64,000 bases of DNA, taken from the NCBI GenBank assembly GCA_000165345.1, contig CM000430.1, forward strand, positions 576,001 through 640,000, given 5' to 3'. The position numbers and the translations under genes are program-made. The notes under the pieces were generated by a model. It made no database searches, was not told the DNA's origin, and saw only the letters and a program-made list of their open reading frames with translations. Positions 53,215 through 63,010 of the stretch are shown here, one piece after another. Within the stretch, counting starts at the first letter, position 1; every line of letters begins with the position of its first letter.

Positions 53215-53334
53215 TTAGGCCTTATTCTGATTAAAACTTTGAATCCATTGATTAAATTTAGCAATAGAATATTTTATAGTAAGTATATAAATCATTTTCT
53301 ATTTGCCTGCTACTCCCTCAATTTAATACCATTA

Positions 53335-54330
53335 TTAAGGGCTGGTCCCACATAATAAATTCATGCAATCATAGTATTCTACGGAACAACCATATCTTTT
53401 GCAGCCGACCATACAAAAGTCTTTTGAGTACTGTGAGCATTGAGACATGCATGACACTGGAATACTCGAAACTCCAGCAACTATAGGTCTGTTTACATTG
53501 CAAGCTCTTCCACAAGTCTTTATAAAATACATACTTAATGTAAGAGCACATGGACCATTGCCTTTGAATTCGTAATTTCCAAGAGTTGATGCAGAAGATA
53601 TCAAGGATAGGGGGGCAGGAAGGAAGCCCACTTCGAATTTGAGGTTTCTTTTTTGTTTATGAGTAAGAAGATATTCCACAAGCATTACGCATGAGGAAAC
53701 CACAAGCTCTGATTCCATATCATCGAGACTTTTGAGATTCTTTGCAGTTGAGCAAATATCATCATTATATGCTAGACTAAAAATGTCTGGTTTTTCTTGT
53801 TTAAGTGCTTCCGTCTTAGAGCACAACATTCCCAGTTCTAAAAGAGCAACCAAAGATTGGCAGCAGTTCTAAAATGATTTGAGTTTTTTTTTTGTTAGTA
53901 TTCCGCTAAGAATAATATCCTACACTTTACTTACTGGAGCAGGTTTCAACGTTGTTTCAGGAATTTTTAGTTCCTCACACCTTTTTTCAATAAATTTTAA
54001 GGTAGAGCTAATTAAAAGACTTTTTACACGCTTTAGTTTTATATTTTCACGTTCAAGTAAAAAAAATATCATGAGCTAGTAATTTCTTAGAACTTACTGT
54101 GCTTGGATCGTTCTTAGTGTGATTATGATGAGTTGAATTTCGATTGCTCATTTCCTCTGAGAAATTCATTTGTTTTATATACGGTTGCATTAAAATACGA
54201 GCAAATTTAAAAAATGTTTATAACCAAGTTATGTTTTCAATTTCTTACCACTCATTCTTATGGTTTCGGATCTTATATTTTGGCAGGCAATTAGCAAAAA
54301 CACAACAAAAAATATAAAGTGAATTTTCAT
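53335..54330 (-). CDS. small secreted 10-Cys protein, paralog A of a local 3-gene family (3 exons)
   Basis: Model join(53335..53868,54098..54156,54249..54330). Exon 1 MKIHFIFFVVFLLIACQNIRSETIRMS (signal peptide), donor G|GTAAGA. Exon 2 (E)EMSNRNSTHHNHTKNDPST, flanked by tctcAG and GTAAGT. Exon 3 begins NCCQSLVALLELGMLCSK after ttttAG, as in paralog C. C-terminus C-x11-C-x3-C-x15-C-x3-C-x7-C-x3-C-x4-C-x6-C-x4-C. Phases are consistent, but the 229-nt intron 2 is unusually long here and the intron positions are the least secure part. Confidence 0.45.
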
Positions 54331-54533
54331 TTTCAAGGATCTTGGAAAATTAGTTTTTGAATTTCCTTTAAATATATGAAGGCTATAATATAAGCTGTTA
54401 AATAGTTTATTTTAGAAAAAATCAGGCTAATCTTAGCATGCAAACTTATTGCATAATACACATGAATTAATAAGCAAAAATAATCAAAAACTATAATTTA
54501 AGTACATACATTCGTTTGCATGTAATCATGTTT

Positions 54534-54560
54534 ACATGCATGCAATGTCAAATGCATGAA
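54534..54560. promoter_or_regulatory. cluster of GCATGCA words upstream of Cys-rich paralog B
   Basis: TTTGCATGTAATCATGTTTACATGCATGCAATGTCAAATGCATGAA lies 160-200 bp upstream of the ATG at 54716. Confidence 0.4.
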
Positions 54561-54715
54561 TATTTACAAAAACTCAGGCCTACAAGTTAAAGATACTCGG
54601 TTAAGAATTATAAGTTCCATTTTATATTTTAGACAAATTTTTTGCTGAAATCACTAAAATTGCAATTTTGTGAAAACAGCAGTTATTCTGAGAAACATAA
54701 TGTAAAATTATCACT

Positions 54716-55678
54716 ATGTTGCATTTCGGCTTTCTTTTAATATTCTTCTTGCTTCCATTTATTGGAAGAACTGCGGATCCTGATTTAAAATTTAAAAATT
54801 TGAATGAATCCAAGAAGGGGTTGGTTAAAGAAGAACCTCCTTTTGCTACCAGCGTTAAAATGAGTGAAAATAATGAAACAATTGTAAGTAAACTTTCTCA
54901 TCAAAACTAATTAGTATAACAAGTTATTTTTCTCCCCTCTTTATAGTCAGATTTTTCAATCTTAAACTCATCAAAATTTAATAATATTTTGTCAGCTGAA
55001 ACTACATGCTCAAGAAAGCTACAAAATAAGGATAAATATCCGAATTGCTGCTCTTCAATTGTTTCAATTTTTGAAACTGAAAGGATTTGCAATCAAAAAC
55101 CTCAGATAGACAAGTCTCTAAATGAAAGCAATGGAGAAATTGCAAGAGAACTATCAGAAATCAAGCAATATTATGATTACCATTGTAACAATACAGAGTA
55201 CCAACTTTTAGTTTCAAAAAATATCACATCAGATGATGTGTATAACTGTATGAGGTATAATGAATTAACTACAAGAAGTACAAATAGCACATTACAGGAA
55301 TTGGATGGAATTAAATTAAAAGATAGTGAATCCATAGTCGACAATCAAAGAGCATTACAAATAACTGGTTGGATGAATAGTTTTGGATTACCTGCAATTT
55401 CTTCGACTACTATGCTTTCACAATCAAGGTTTACTGAGGGCTCATTCATGCATTCAAGTGGAGGTCAAAATTGCTCTCCACTATTAACATTAATATTTGT
55501 TCGTGTTTGTAACTCTATCTGTAATGCCAATAACGACTCTTCTTCTGGAAGAGCATCAATACCTATTTTTTGTTTAAGGGACTGCCAGCCTTTTGCAAAG
55601 TTTGCCTGCTTGCGTGGGTGTAGAACCTTTGGGTGCCATGTTGATATATACACCTGTATGGAACTTATGTGTCAGTGA
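54716..55678 (+). CDS. small secreted 10-Cys protein, paralog B (2 exons)
   Basis: join(54716..54883,54947..55678). Exon 1 MLHFGFLLIFFLLPFIGRTADPDLK... (signal peptide). Donor GTAAGT at 54884; acceptor ctctttatAG at 54945-54946. Exon 2 contains the NCCSSIVSIFETERIC module and the C-terminal VCNSICNAN...IPIFCLRDCQPFAKFACLRGCRTFGCHVDIYTCMELMCQ. Confidence 0.55.
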
Positions 55679-55730
55679 TTTTGTCAAGGTATTTTGTAAG
55701 GTATAAGAAACAAAAATCTAAAGTAAATTT

Positions 55731-56481
55731 TTACGTAAGCTTGAAGTTACACATTTGGTAACTGCATGCATCAAAAGGTATATTACACCCGAAAAAAGAG
55801 CATCCACGTATGCAAACATGGTTTGCAAAATCCACACAAATTGGGAAGCATGATCTCGGGAATACCTCTTCTTCTACCGTAAGTGCAGTCTCTGCATCGC
55901 ATAGTTTTTCACATACTTTAATATAATGCAAGGAAAGCACAGATACACATATTTTTTGGGTTTGATATTTAAATATATTTCCTTGAGGGGTATCTTGAGG
56001 TCCTCTTAACGATGATGTTGATTGGGGAAGTCTGATATGAGATCCAAATCCTGACTTTATTTGTAGTTTCCTGTCAGTAAAATTCATTTCTTTACAATAT
56101 TCAAAATTTTCATGGTTTTTCCAAGAATTGACATCATCAGAATCTGATTTTTTTAGTATTTGACTACACTCACTATTGAATGCTATAAATTCACTCTTAT
56201 TTCCCATCTCTTCTAGTAGGCCAGTTTCATTATTAGGCCTATTTAAACAAATTTCTTTTGAATAGAGTGAAATCGTTATTTCATTACAGCAGCTCTAAAA
56301 GGAATAAAATTTAATATTTCTTGAACACCTTATAAAATGTTAGATTTCATTGACTCACCTTTAATTCTTTCATATTGTTATCATTGATACTTTCTGAGAT
56401 CAATCTTTGACATTTTCCATCACATTTACATCTTATTAAAAATAACATAATTAAATACAAGATCCCAATAGTATTTACCAT
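55731..56481 (-). CDS. small secreted 10-Cys protein, paralog C (2 exons)
   Basis: join(55731..56294,56359..56481). Exon 1 MVNTIGILYLIMLFLIRCKCDGKCQRLISESINDNNMKELK (signal peptide). Donor GTGAGT (plus actcac at 56353-56358); acceptor ccttttAG|AGC TGC TGT. Exon 2 SCCNEITISLYSKEICLNR... ends VCEKLCDAE...SCFPICVDFANHVCIRGCSFFGCNIPFDACSYQMCNFKLT. Confidence 0.55.
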
Positions 56482-57135
56482 CGACGGCTAACTTATTAGG
56501 AAAAGCAATTTTTTTAAAAAGAATATATTCTTTTTGCATGTAGTTAAGGATAAATTATGTGGAAATGTCATAAATGACCAACAAATAGCTTGCCGCCCGA
56601 TTGCGCTGGTAAACAATAGGGTAAAAGTAGTGAAAATAGAGTAAACACAAGATAATAATTGAATATAAATATAAGGTTAATTATGCAATATATATGCTTA
56701 ACAATAAAAGCTAGCTGGATTAAATGCTCGATGTGAACAGAAAAAAAAGGAAAACGTGAATAATTCGGTAATTAAGATATAAATGTAAATACAATTGATT
56801 GCTTGCCTAAAATTAATTATATAATTCCAATAAACTTCCGAACATAATTAAAACTTCCTTCATTTAGCTAAAGGTCTTTAATCTTGATTCCACGATGAAT
56901 TATAGAACTTTGATTATGAGAAATTAATATCTGGTAAATATAATCGGAGCTCTATTTGCTATACGATAATAATATATTTGAATCAATTTACTGATACCAC
57001 CCATATAGAAGCCCATACTCTTAAATTATTAGTATACCTCTTTTTCTTTTCACGAACAGTAAGTATAGAGTAAATTAATTAGATTTCTTTTTCCTTTTTT
57101 TCCATGTTATTTCTTGAATAGAATATTTATCTAAT

Positions 57136-57684
57136 TTACCAGCCTGTCATACTAGTAGAACTAAATGGTTGCATTTGTTGTTGAGCAGATGGAGAAGGTC
57201 CACCACCAACAGACGTAGGACCAGATGCTCTGTAAGCTGCCATTTCAGCAAGATATTTTTGCTTAAATTCTTGTGCCTTTCTCTCCCATGGACCTTTTTC
57301 TTGTTCAGGAAGACTATTCCACATTTCCGCTAAGTCTTTCATTTGAAGTGCACGATTAGGGTCATTCTCTCTAACTTTTTGACGAATATGTTCACACCAT
57401 AGTGTATAAGCAGTATGTGGTCTTTTTGGTTTATTTGGATCCTCTGGTGCTCTAATAGATCTCTTAGATTTCTGTTGCAATAAGATTCTGGGTTTCCACA
57501 TTTTACCAGTGCGAGCAGCCACATTACTTGCCAGATCTACAAAGAAGTCAGCAAATTCACAAAGTATATCAACAATTATTGCATCAGAATTTGTAGAAGA
57601 GCCAACTCCTGATGGCATTGATCCTGGTGGCTGTGGAACAGAAAGTCCAGGTAATCCACCCGGAAGGTTTATTTGATTGGACAT
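57136..57684 (-). CDS. HMG-box DNA-binding protein
   Basis: HMG box DPNKPKRPHTAYTLWCEHIRQKVRENDPNRALQMKDLAEMWNSLPEQEKGPWERKAQEFKQKYLAEMAAYRA, with P/G/S/Q-rich flanks. Confidence 0.7.
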   Translation of the reverse strand: MSNQINLPGGLPGLSVPQPPGSMPSGVGSSTNSDAIIVDILCEFADFFVDLASNVAARTGKMWKPRILLQQKSKRSIRAPEDPNKPKRPHTAYTLWCEHIRQKVRENDPNRALQMKDLAEMWNSLPEQEKGPWERKAQEFKQKYLAEMAAYRASGPTSVGGGPSPSAQQQMQPFSSTSMTGW

Positions 57685-58688
57685 TTCAGAATTGCGTTGA
57701 ATAATTGCTTAGTGACTTGTACTTTTATTTCCTTATGAAGGAAAAATTGCCTTTTTTTTGTTGTAAATTAACACTTTTGAAGAAAGGCCTTAATCCTGAA
57801 CCTGCTAAGTAATTAACTTGACTATTGTTATTTTCCTATATTTTTTAAGTCTTGTTATGACCGTACCGGAATTCTTAATTATTGGCACTTAATTTGCTGC
57901 AAAGCTAGAGTATATAGACATAGGTAGCTATCCAAAGACAGTTAAGGATGTAGATAGATATAGTATCTACTCCCGCCCATCTGTAGACACTATGCATTGA
58001 CTATTTATTTTACTTTAATTTGACTTGTTAAAAAAAAAAAAATTTCACACATTTTTGTTCGTAACTTAATTACAAAGATTGTTTTTGAAATTAAACATTC
58101 AAATTACTAATATGTTCCCTCATTTTTTTTCACTCTCTCAATCACTAAAATAGCATTGCTTAAGGCGATTTCAAATCTCCCGCCTAAAAAATGCATGGCT
58201 GTACGTATATTGTAGTATACCGGGATTGACATTGTTCTATTCATAATTTAATTTGAAATATCAGGAACAATATTATTGTTTAAAGCTATGGTAAAAATGG
58301 GTTGTCGTTAAGCACTACCTTTTGTTATTTAGTTATTGGTTTTCTTTAATTTTTTCAAAGTTGTCATTTCGTTGTTTTATTTCACTTGCAAATGAAATTT
58401 GCTGACTATTTAGTCTATATTATTTGTGAACCGCCAAGTTTAATTCTAAATTATTACAAGAAGTAAAAATAACGGGTGCTAAAATGTGAGGGATCTGCTA
58501 AATTTTAATTTATTTCTAATAAAAAAAAACTTTATAGTATTTAATTTGATGGTCAAAAATTCAGTTTATGATATATTGCAAGTTACATTAGGCTTTATTT
58601 AAGATAAGGGATATATTTTTATCAGAGCTTTCTAGTAAAGAAACACAAAGTTAATTATTATTTCATTCAAGAATAGCTGTGTGGACTC

Positions 58689-59864
58689 ATGATTAAGTAT
58701 AAAGCTATAGGCAAATATTTGATACTCCTCTGTTATGCTTTTAACATCTTTCTTAGTTTAGTTTTTTGCCAGGAGTTAACATCAATTCTCAATCCTGAAG
58801 GTGGGGGTGGGTTTTCATGTAATTATACTAATGCAGAATATACTTGCGGTGGATATTCTGTCACTCCCTGGAGTTCATGGGGAATCTGTTCTGGTTGTAA
58901 CGGAGTAATCACCAGACAAAGGTCAATTTCTGGAAGCGCTACGCAAGGAGGGCCAAGCACAACCGAACGTGTAAAATGCCTCAATAACCAATCATGCGAA
59001 CCATGCACTTATACTCAGTGGTCTTCATGGTCTGCATGCTCAGACACATGCGAATCTGGGACCAAATATAGAACTCGCAGAGTTAATTCAAATGTAGATT
59101 GTGGTGTTTCTGAAGGTGAACTTAAACTTATAGAAACTGTCAGCTGCAAAAACGACCCATGCAAGTGCGATGAAACAATTAGAGGAGAAAATGGACTGTA
59201 CTACAGAGGCTGCCAGAAATACTCTAGGTCTGGCCAAAAGTGCTTGAATTGGCTGTCTCTAAAATTCGATGCTTTTGATTATTTAGCCACTCTTGAAAAT
59301 TCGGGTATTGCCGACCACTCCTTTTGCAGAAATCCTATTTCTAACAATACTTTAGTTCCAACAATCTGGTGTTACGTAAGCGCATCTCCTCTAATTCCAC
59401 AACTCTGTGATCCTGTTCCAACTGATTGTGTAGTTTCAGAATGGGAGCAGTGGTCCTCTTGCTCTTCTACTTGCGAAGAAGGGAAGATTACCCGTACAAG
59501 AACTATTATCCAAGAATCACTTCATGGAGGAGTAGAGTGCCCAGTAGATTTGGAGCAGGTTCAGGATTGCTCAGTTGATGTTATTTGTCCAGTTGATTGC
59601 ATATTAGGATCCTGGAGTCATTGGTCATCATGTAGTGTAGAATGCGGTAAGGGGAATTCTACTCGGTCCAGAAGTATACTGACTCGTCCAAGGGGTACAG
59701 GAGCTGTTTGTCAGGAATATCTACAAACAAAGTCGTGCGAAGGAGAAGGCTGTATGAGTTTTTGGGAAAAGAATAAATACTCAATTATTGGTTTTGCAGC
59801 GTTGGGAGTCGTCCTAATTATATCTATTATTTATATTTTAATTCCAAGTAATAACAGTGTTTAG
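58689..59864 (+). CDS. thrombospondin type-1 repeat + kringle domain type-I membrane adhesin (TRAP/TSP-family-like)
   Basis: Signal peptide MIKYKAIGKYLILLCYAFNIFLSLVFCQE. TSP1 repeats WSSWGICSGC, WSSWSACSDTCESG, WEQWSSCSSTCEEG, WSHWSSCSVECGKG. Kringle-like CYYRGCQKYSRSGQKCLNW...DHSFCRNP...IWCYV. C-terminal TM helix IIGFAALGVVLIISIIYILI and short tail. Confidence 0.75.
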   Translation: MIKYKAIGKYLILLCYAFNIFLSLVFCQELTSILNPEGGGGFSCNYTNAEYTCGGYSVTPWSSWGICSGCNGVITRQRSISGSATQGGPSTTERVKCLNNQSCEPCTYTQWSSWSACSDTCESGTKYRTRRVNSNVDCGVSEGELKLIETVSCKNDPCKCDETIRGENGLYYRGCQKYSRSGQKCLNWLSLKFDAFDYLATLENSGIADHSFCRNPISNNTLVPTIWCYVSASPLIPQLCDPVPTDCVVSEWEQWSSCSSTCEEGKITRTRTIIQESLHGGVECPVDLEQVQDCSVDVICPVDCILGSWSHWSSCSVECGKGNSTRSRSILTRPRGTGAVCQEYLQTKSCEGEGCMSFWEKNKYSIIGFAALGVVLIISIIYILIPSNNSV

Positions 59865-60535
59865 TACTGTAACCTAACTTACAAGATACTGACGAAGTTT
59901 TAACAGCAAGAATTTCAATAATTAAATCAAAGGTTTTCATAATTAACTAATATTAATCTTACACCTATTGCATATACTGCAGGGCACTTATAATTTTATC
60001 TAGAGTAGCCTTACAGTTAATGCTAGTGAAAAACTATATGAAAAATTTAATACTAATTATCATCTTAAAATAAATTCATTTAAAAATTAAATATTTAAAA
60101 AAAATGCTATAAAAATTTAGGCTTTGAATTTTTAGTGGTATGCCGGGACTTTTGTTGAAAGTTGCAAAAAATTAACTGGCGACTTTTTATGATTCTGAAT
60201 CCATGATTTTTTTTTCGCTCAAACTTTCCAGAATAAAGTAAATTCCCAAAGATGTTCTAAGTACATATAACTGCTCTTCTATCATTCATTACATCATTCA
60301 GATTTGTATGGTATTATACTAGTGTACAGTTTTGTGTAATATGACCAAAATTACATGTCTTATTTTAGGCGGGCGATCACATTAGGCTCGCATAAGAGGG
60401 GCGGGTGTAGATCTGATTAGTTTCTCAGTTTAAACAAAAAGTTGATTGGGGAGAAAAAAGCAGAACTATAAAAGAAGTTGCAAGAAAGTACAATTAACTA
60501 TTCTTATTTTTAAGTCTTTGAGAGAGCCTATTTAA

Positions 60536-62140
60536 TTGAAAATGAAGAATCTCGTGAAGGTTATTTTGGGGCTTTTATTTGGACTAGTTTCAGTCCATTC
60601 TCTAAGCCTGAGAGCAGGAAGCCAAGAATTGATTATCAGTGAAGACGTTTCAGATTTATTTAATGGGAAAGAGGTCAGAAAAATTGAGGTAAGATCCCCA
60701 GTTTCAGGTATATTAAGCAAGGTGAATATCCATCAAACTGGCTATCATAGCTCAGGAACAGCCTTTGTAGTAACAGCTGACTCTAGCCAGTATTATAAGA
60801 GTACTATCAATACAGGAGGCAAGAATGTATCAGTAAAGAGAGTCATCGATGCTGGCAGGAATGTATACATTCAGATCTTTAGAGATTCATATGTTACGTT
60901 ATATACAAACAAGGTTGTTGGCGATAGTGTTTCTCAATATGATCTCTTAGCAATATTATTTGTTGTTAAAACTAGACAGGGAGAAGCTCCACTTGTTAAG
61001 AAGTTACCAAGATCTGTTCCAACAATGCCAATTCCTAATCCAACTGCTTCATCTACTACTGTTGATTTAGAAACTGTGAACTCAAGTTTGGATTCCAGTT
61101 CTGGACAAATTTCTGAATCAGCGGCTGCTGAGGAAGCTGGACTTGATAAGGAGCAGAAATTGGACTTGACAGGAGAGAGCTCACCAACAGTTGAAGCTGA
61201 GAGAGTTACTGAAGAAGTAAAAGCCGATGAAACATCAAACGAAGTTGTGACTCAACAGACATCTGAAGAGATTGCTGAAAAGGTCGACTCAACATTGGAT
61301 AATCTTGCTTCTATTCCAGAAAAATCAGAATTAGATACTGATGTTACAGATGAAGAAACCAACAAAGAGAATGACTTCTCCGAACTTTCAGAATTTGCAT
61401 CTGATTCAGAAGAGTCTAAGGGAGCAAGCTCTTCTCGTAATTCAGAGTCTGAACCTGAACCAGCTTCCGTAGCCAGTTCTGAGAATGAGTCTCAAATGAC
61501 TAAGCCTGATCAAGGGATCGAGCCAACTGTGGAAGAATCGTCTACAGAAATCAGAGTCCTTGCAGAAAAGCAGGATACTGAAACTCCTAGTTTAGATCAA
61601 GGAGAAACAATTGAAACTCAAACAAATATTGTTAAGGTTTCTGAGGTTAGCCAAGCACCTGAAGATGTTATTGAAACCAAGCCTATTACTGAAGAGCTTT
61701 CAGCTGAGGAAAATTCTCAAAAGGTAGATGAACCTAAAACTGAACAAGATTTGAAGGATGAATCTTCAGCTGAGCCCCCAGTTGAATCCCCAATTGAATC
61801 CCCAATTGATTCTCCAGCTGAATCCCCAATTGAATCTCCAGTTGAATCTCCAGTTGAATCTCCAGTTGAATCTCCAGCTGAATCTCCAGCTGAGTCTGCA
61901 ACTGTTGCACCTACAACTGAGACTGCTGAGGAAGCCAAAGAAGAGGAGCTTTTACAAGGCCTCCCATCTCAACCAGTTCTTGGACAGTTAGAGATAGCTG
62001 AAAAGCTTGAAGACTTGGACACTGAGCCATCTGAGAGTATGGAAGAATCAGGAGGTGATGGGGTTGCTTCATTGGATTCTGCTGGGAGAATGATTGGTTC
62101 TGATATTGAGAATAGTGGATCAGCTATTGAGAACCCTTAG
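60536..62140 (+). CDS. secreted acidic S/E/P/T-rich (mucin-like) protein with xESP tandem repeats
   Basis: Signal peptide MKMKNLVKVILGLLFGLVSVHS. Highly acidic low-complexity body. 12-nt-period repeat encoding VESPIESPIDSPAESPIESPVESPVESPVESPAESPAES at about 61777-61896. Confidence 0.55.
   Translation: MKMKNLVKVILGLLFGLVSVHSLSLRAGSQELIISEDVSDLFNGKEVRKIEVRSPVSGILSKVNIHQTGYHSSGTAFVVTADSSQYYKSTINTGGKNVSVKRVIDAGRNVYIQIFRDSYVTLYTNKVVGDSVSQYDLLAILFVVKTRQGEAPLVKKLPRSVPTMPIPNPTASSTTVDLETVNSSLDSSSGQISESAAAEEAGLDKEQKLDLTGESSPTVEAERVTEEVKADETSNEVVTQQTSEEIAEKVDSTLDNLASIPEKSELDTDVTDEETNKENDFSELSEFASDSEESKGASSSRNSESEPEPASVASSENESQMTKPDQGIEPTVEESSTEIRVLAEKQDTETPSLDQGETIETQTNIVKVSEVSQAPEDVIETKPITEELSAEENSQKVDEPKTEQDLKDESSAEPPVESPIESPIDSPAESPIESPVESPVESPVESPAESPAESATVAPTTETAEEAKEEELLQGLPSQPVLGQLEIAEKLEDLDTEPSESMEESGGDGVASLDSAGRMIGSDIENSGSAIENP
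61777..61896 (+). repeat. 12-nt-period coding tandem repeat (xESP)n, about 10 units
   Basis: (G/C)(T/C)TGAATC(T/C)CCA units encode VESP/IESP/AESP/IDSP. The repeat generates spurious antisense and +1 ORFs in the ORF track. Confidence 0.7.
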
Positions 62141-63010
62141 TAGTTTTTATTTAGTCAAATCTTGTTTCTGGGCCAATTATCACTAGTGTCCTGATTTAAA
62201 TTGAAGGAAGTTATTTTAATTTTGATTTATAGATGAAGTTACATGGTTCAAAAACTATTGGACTGTTAATCTTTAAGCTTTTACTAATATTTAATTTATA
62301 TTATTTTTCAATGGGATTCCGTAGTTGGTTTGAAGCAAAATATTGAATTTTTTGGTCGACATTCAATTTCTAACTTGATAATTGAAGAATTTCTAATTAT
62401 TTCCAACCAAAATTCGAATATTTTTTCTCCTAATTAGTATCTAAATGAATTTTTTAATAAAAGATGAAGTATGATTATTTATGTACTGTTTTCTCAGGTT
62501 GAGACGTTTTGCTGTGATTGCCCCTTGCTATTTATTTCTATTTGTTTTCTATTTAAATCTAGTATTATTTATTTAGCAATTAAAACTTTGGCTCCAAGAA
62601 GAAGTACTGGTAAGGACACTTATTAAAATAACTAAAAGTTTAATAACAAAATTATTGTTGAGAGGGGGATGTTTTTTTTTCTATATTTAACTTGCATGCA
62701 ATTTATATTCACAAATTATGCGGTAATTTGTGAAACTATTTAAAATTTTTGTAGAAAATGCATTTATTAGAACAGCTATATAATGTATGAATACATTAGT
62801 TAAAACAAATTGAGTATAAGTACTAATATATGAGAAAAAATAATTCTTTAAATACAAGGTTTTTATAATTAGGTTTATTTAATCTTTATTATATATATTT
62901 TTTTTTGCCAGGAATAATTACAAAATAACACAAGGGTGGAGACAAAAATAGTCAAGCGGGGTATTTCTTAAACAAATAAGTGTTTTCTGAGTTTAGTCTG
63001 TAAAAATACA

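Noticed and set aside
53935-54072. Alternative first exon for Cys-rich paralog A (ATG...MIFFLLERENIKLKRVKSLLISSTLKFIEKRCEELKIPETTLKPAP|GTAAGT), splicing with a 66-nt intron to NCCQS
   Set aside because: It is phase-compatible but encodes no signal peptide, unlike both paralogs. A bona fide signal-peptide exon (MKIHFIFFVVFLLIAC) lies further upstream and can be linked in-phase via a 59-nt middle exon, so I treat the MIFFLL frame as intronic. Transcript data are needed.
54082-54130. ATG AAT TTC TCA GAG... (MNFSEEMSNRNSTHHNHTKNDPST) as an independent first exon of paralog A
   Set aside because: It is better explained as the in-phase middle exon (acceptor tctcAG|AG) downstream of the signal-peptide exon. 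On its own it has no signal peptide.
53838-54248. Two-exon model for paralog A with one 411-nt intron (signal-peptide exon spliced directly to ...ELGMLCSK)
   Set aside because: It drops the conserved NCCQSLVALL module present in the other two paralogs, and the intron would be far longer than others in the window.
61717-61991. ORF-track ORFs 61717..61938 (-) SAGDSTGDSTGDS... and 61758..61991 (+) NLQLSPQLNPQLNPQL...
   Set aside because: These are frame and antisense artefacts of the 12-nt coding tandem repeat inside the 60536-62140 gene.
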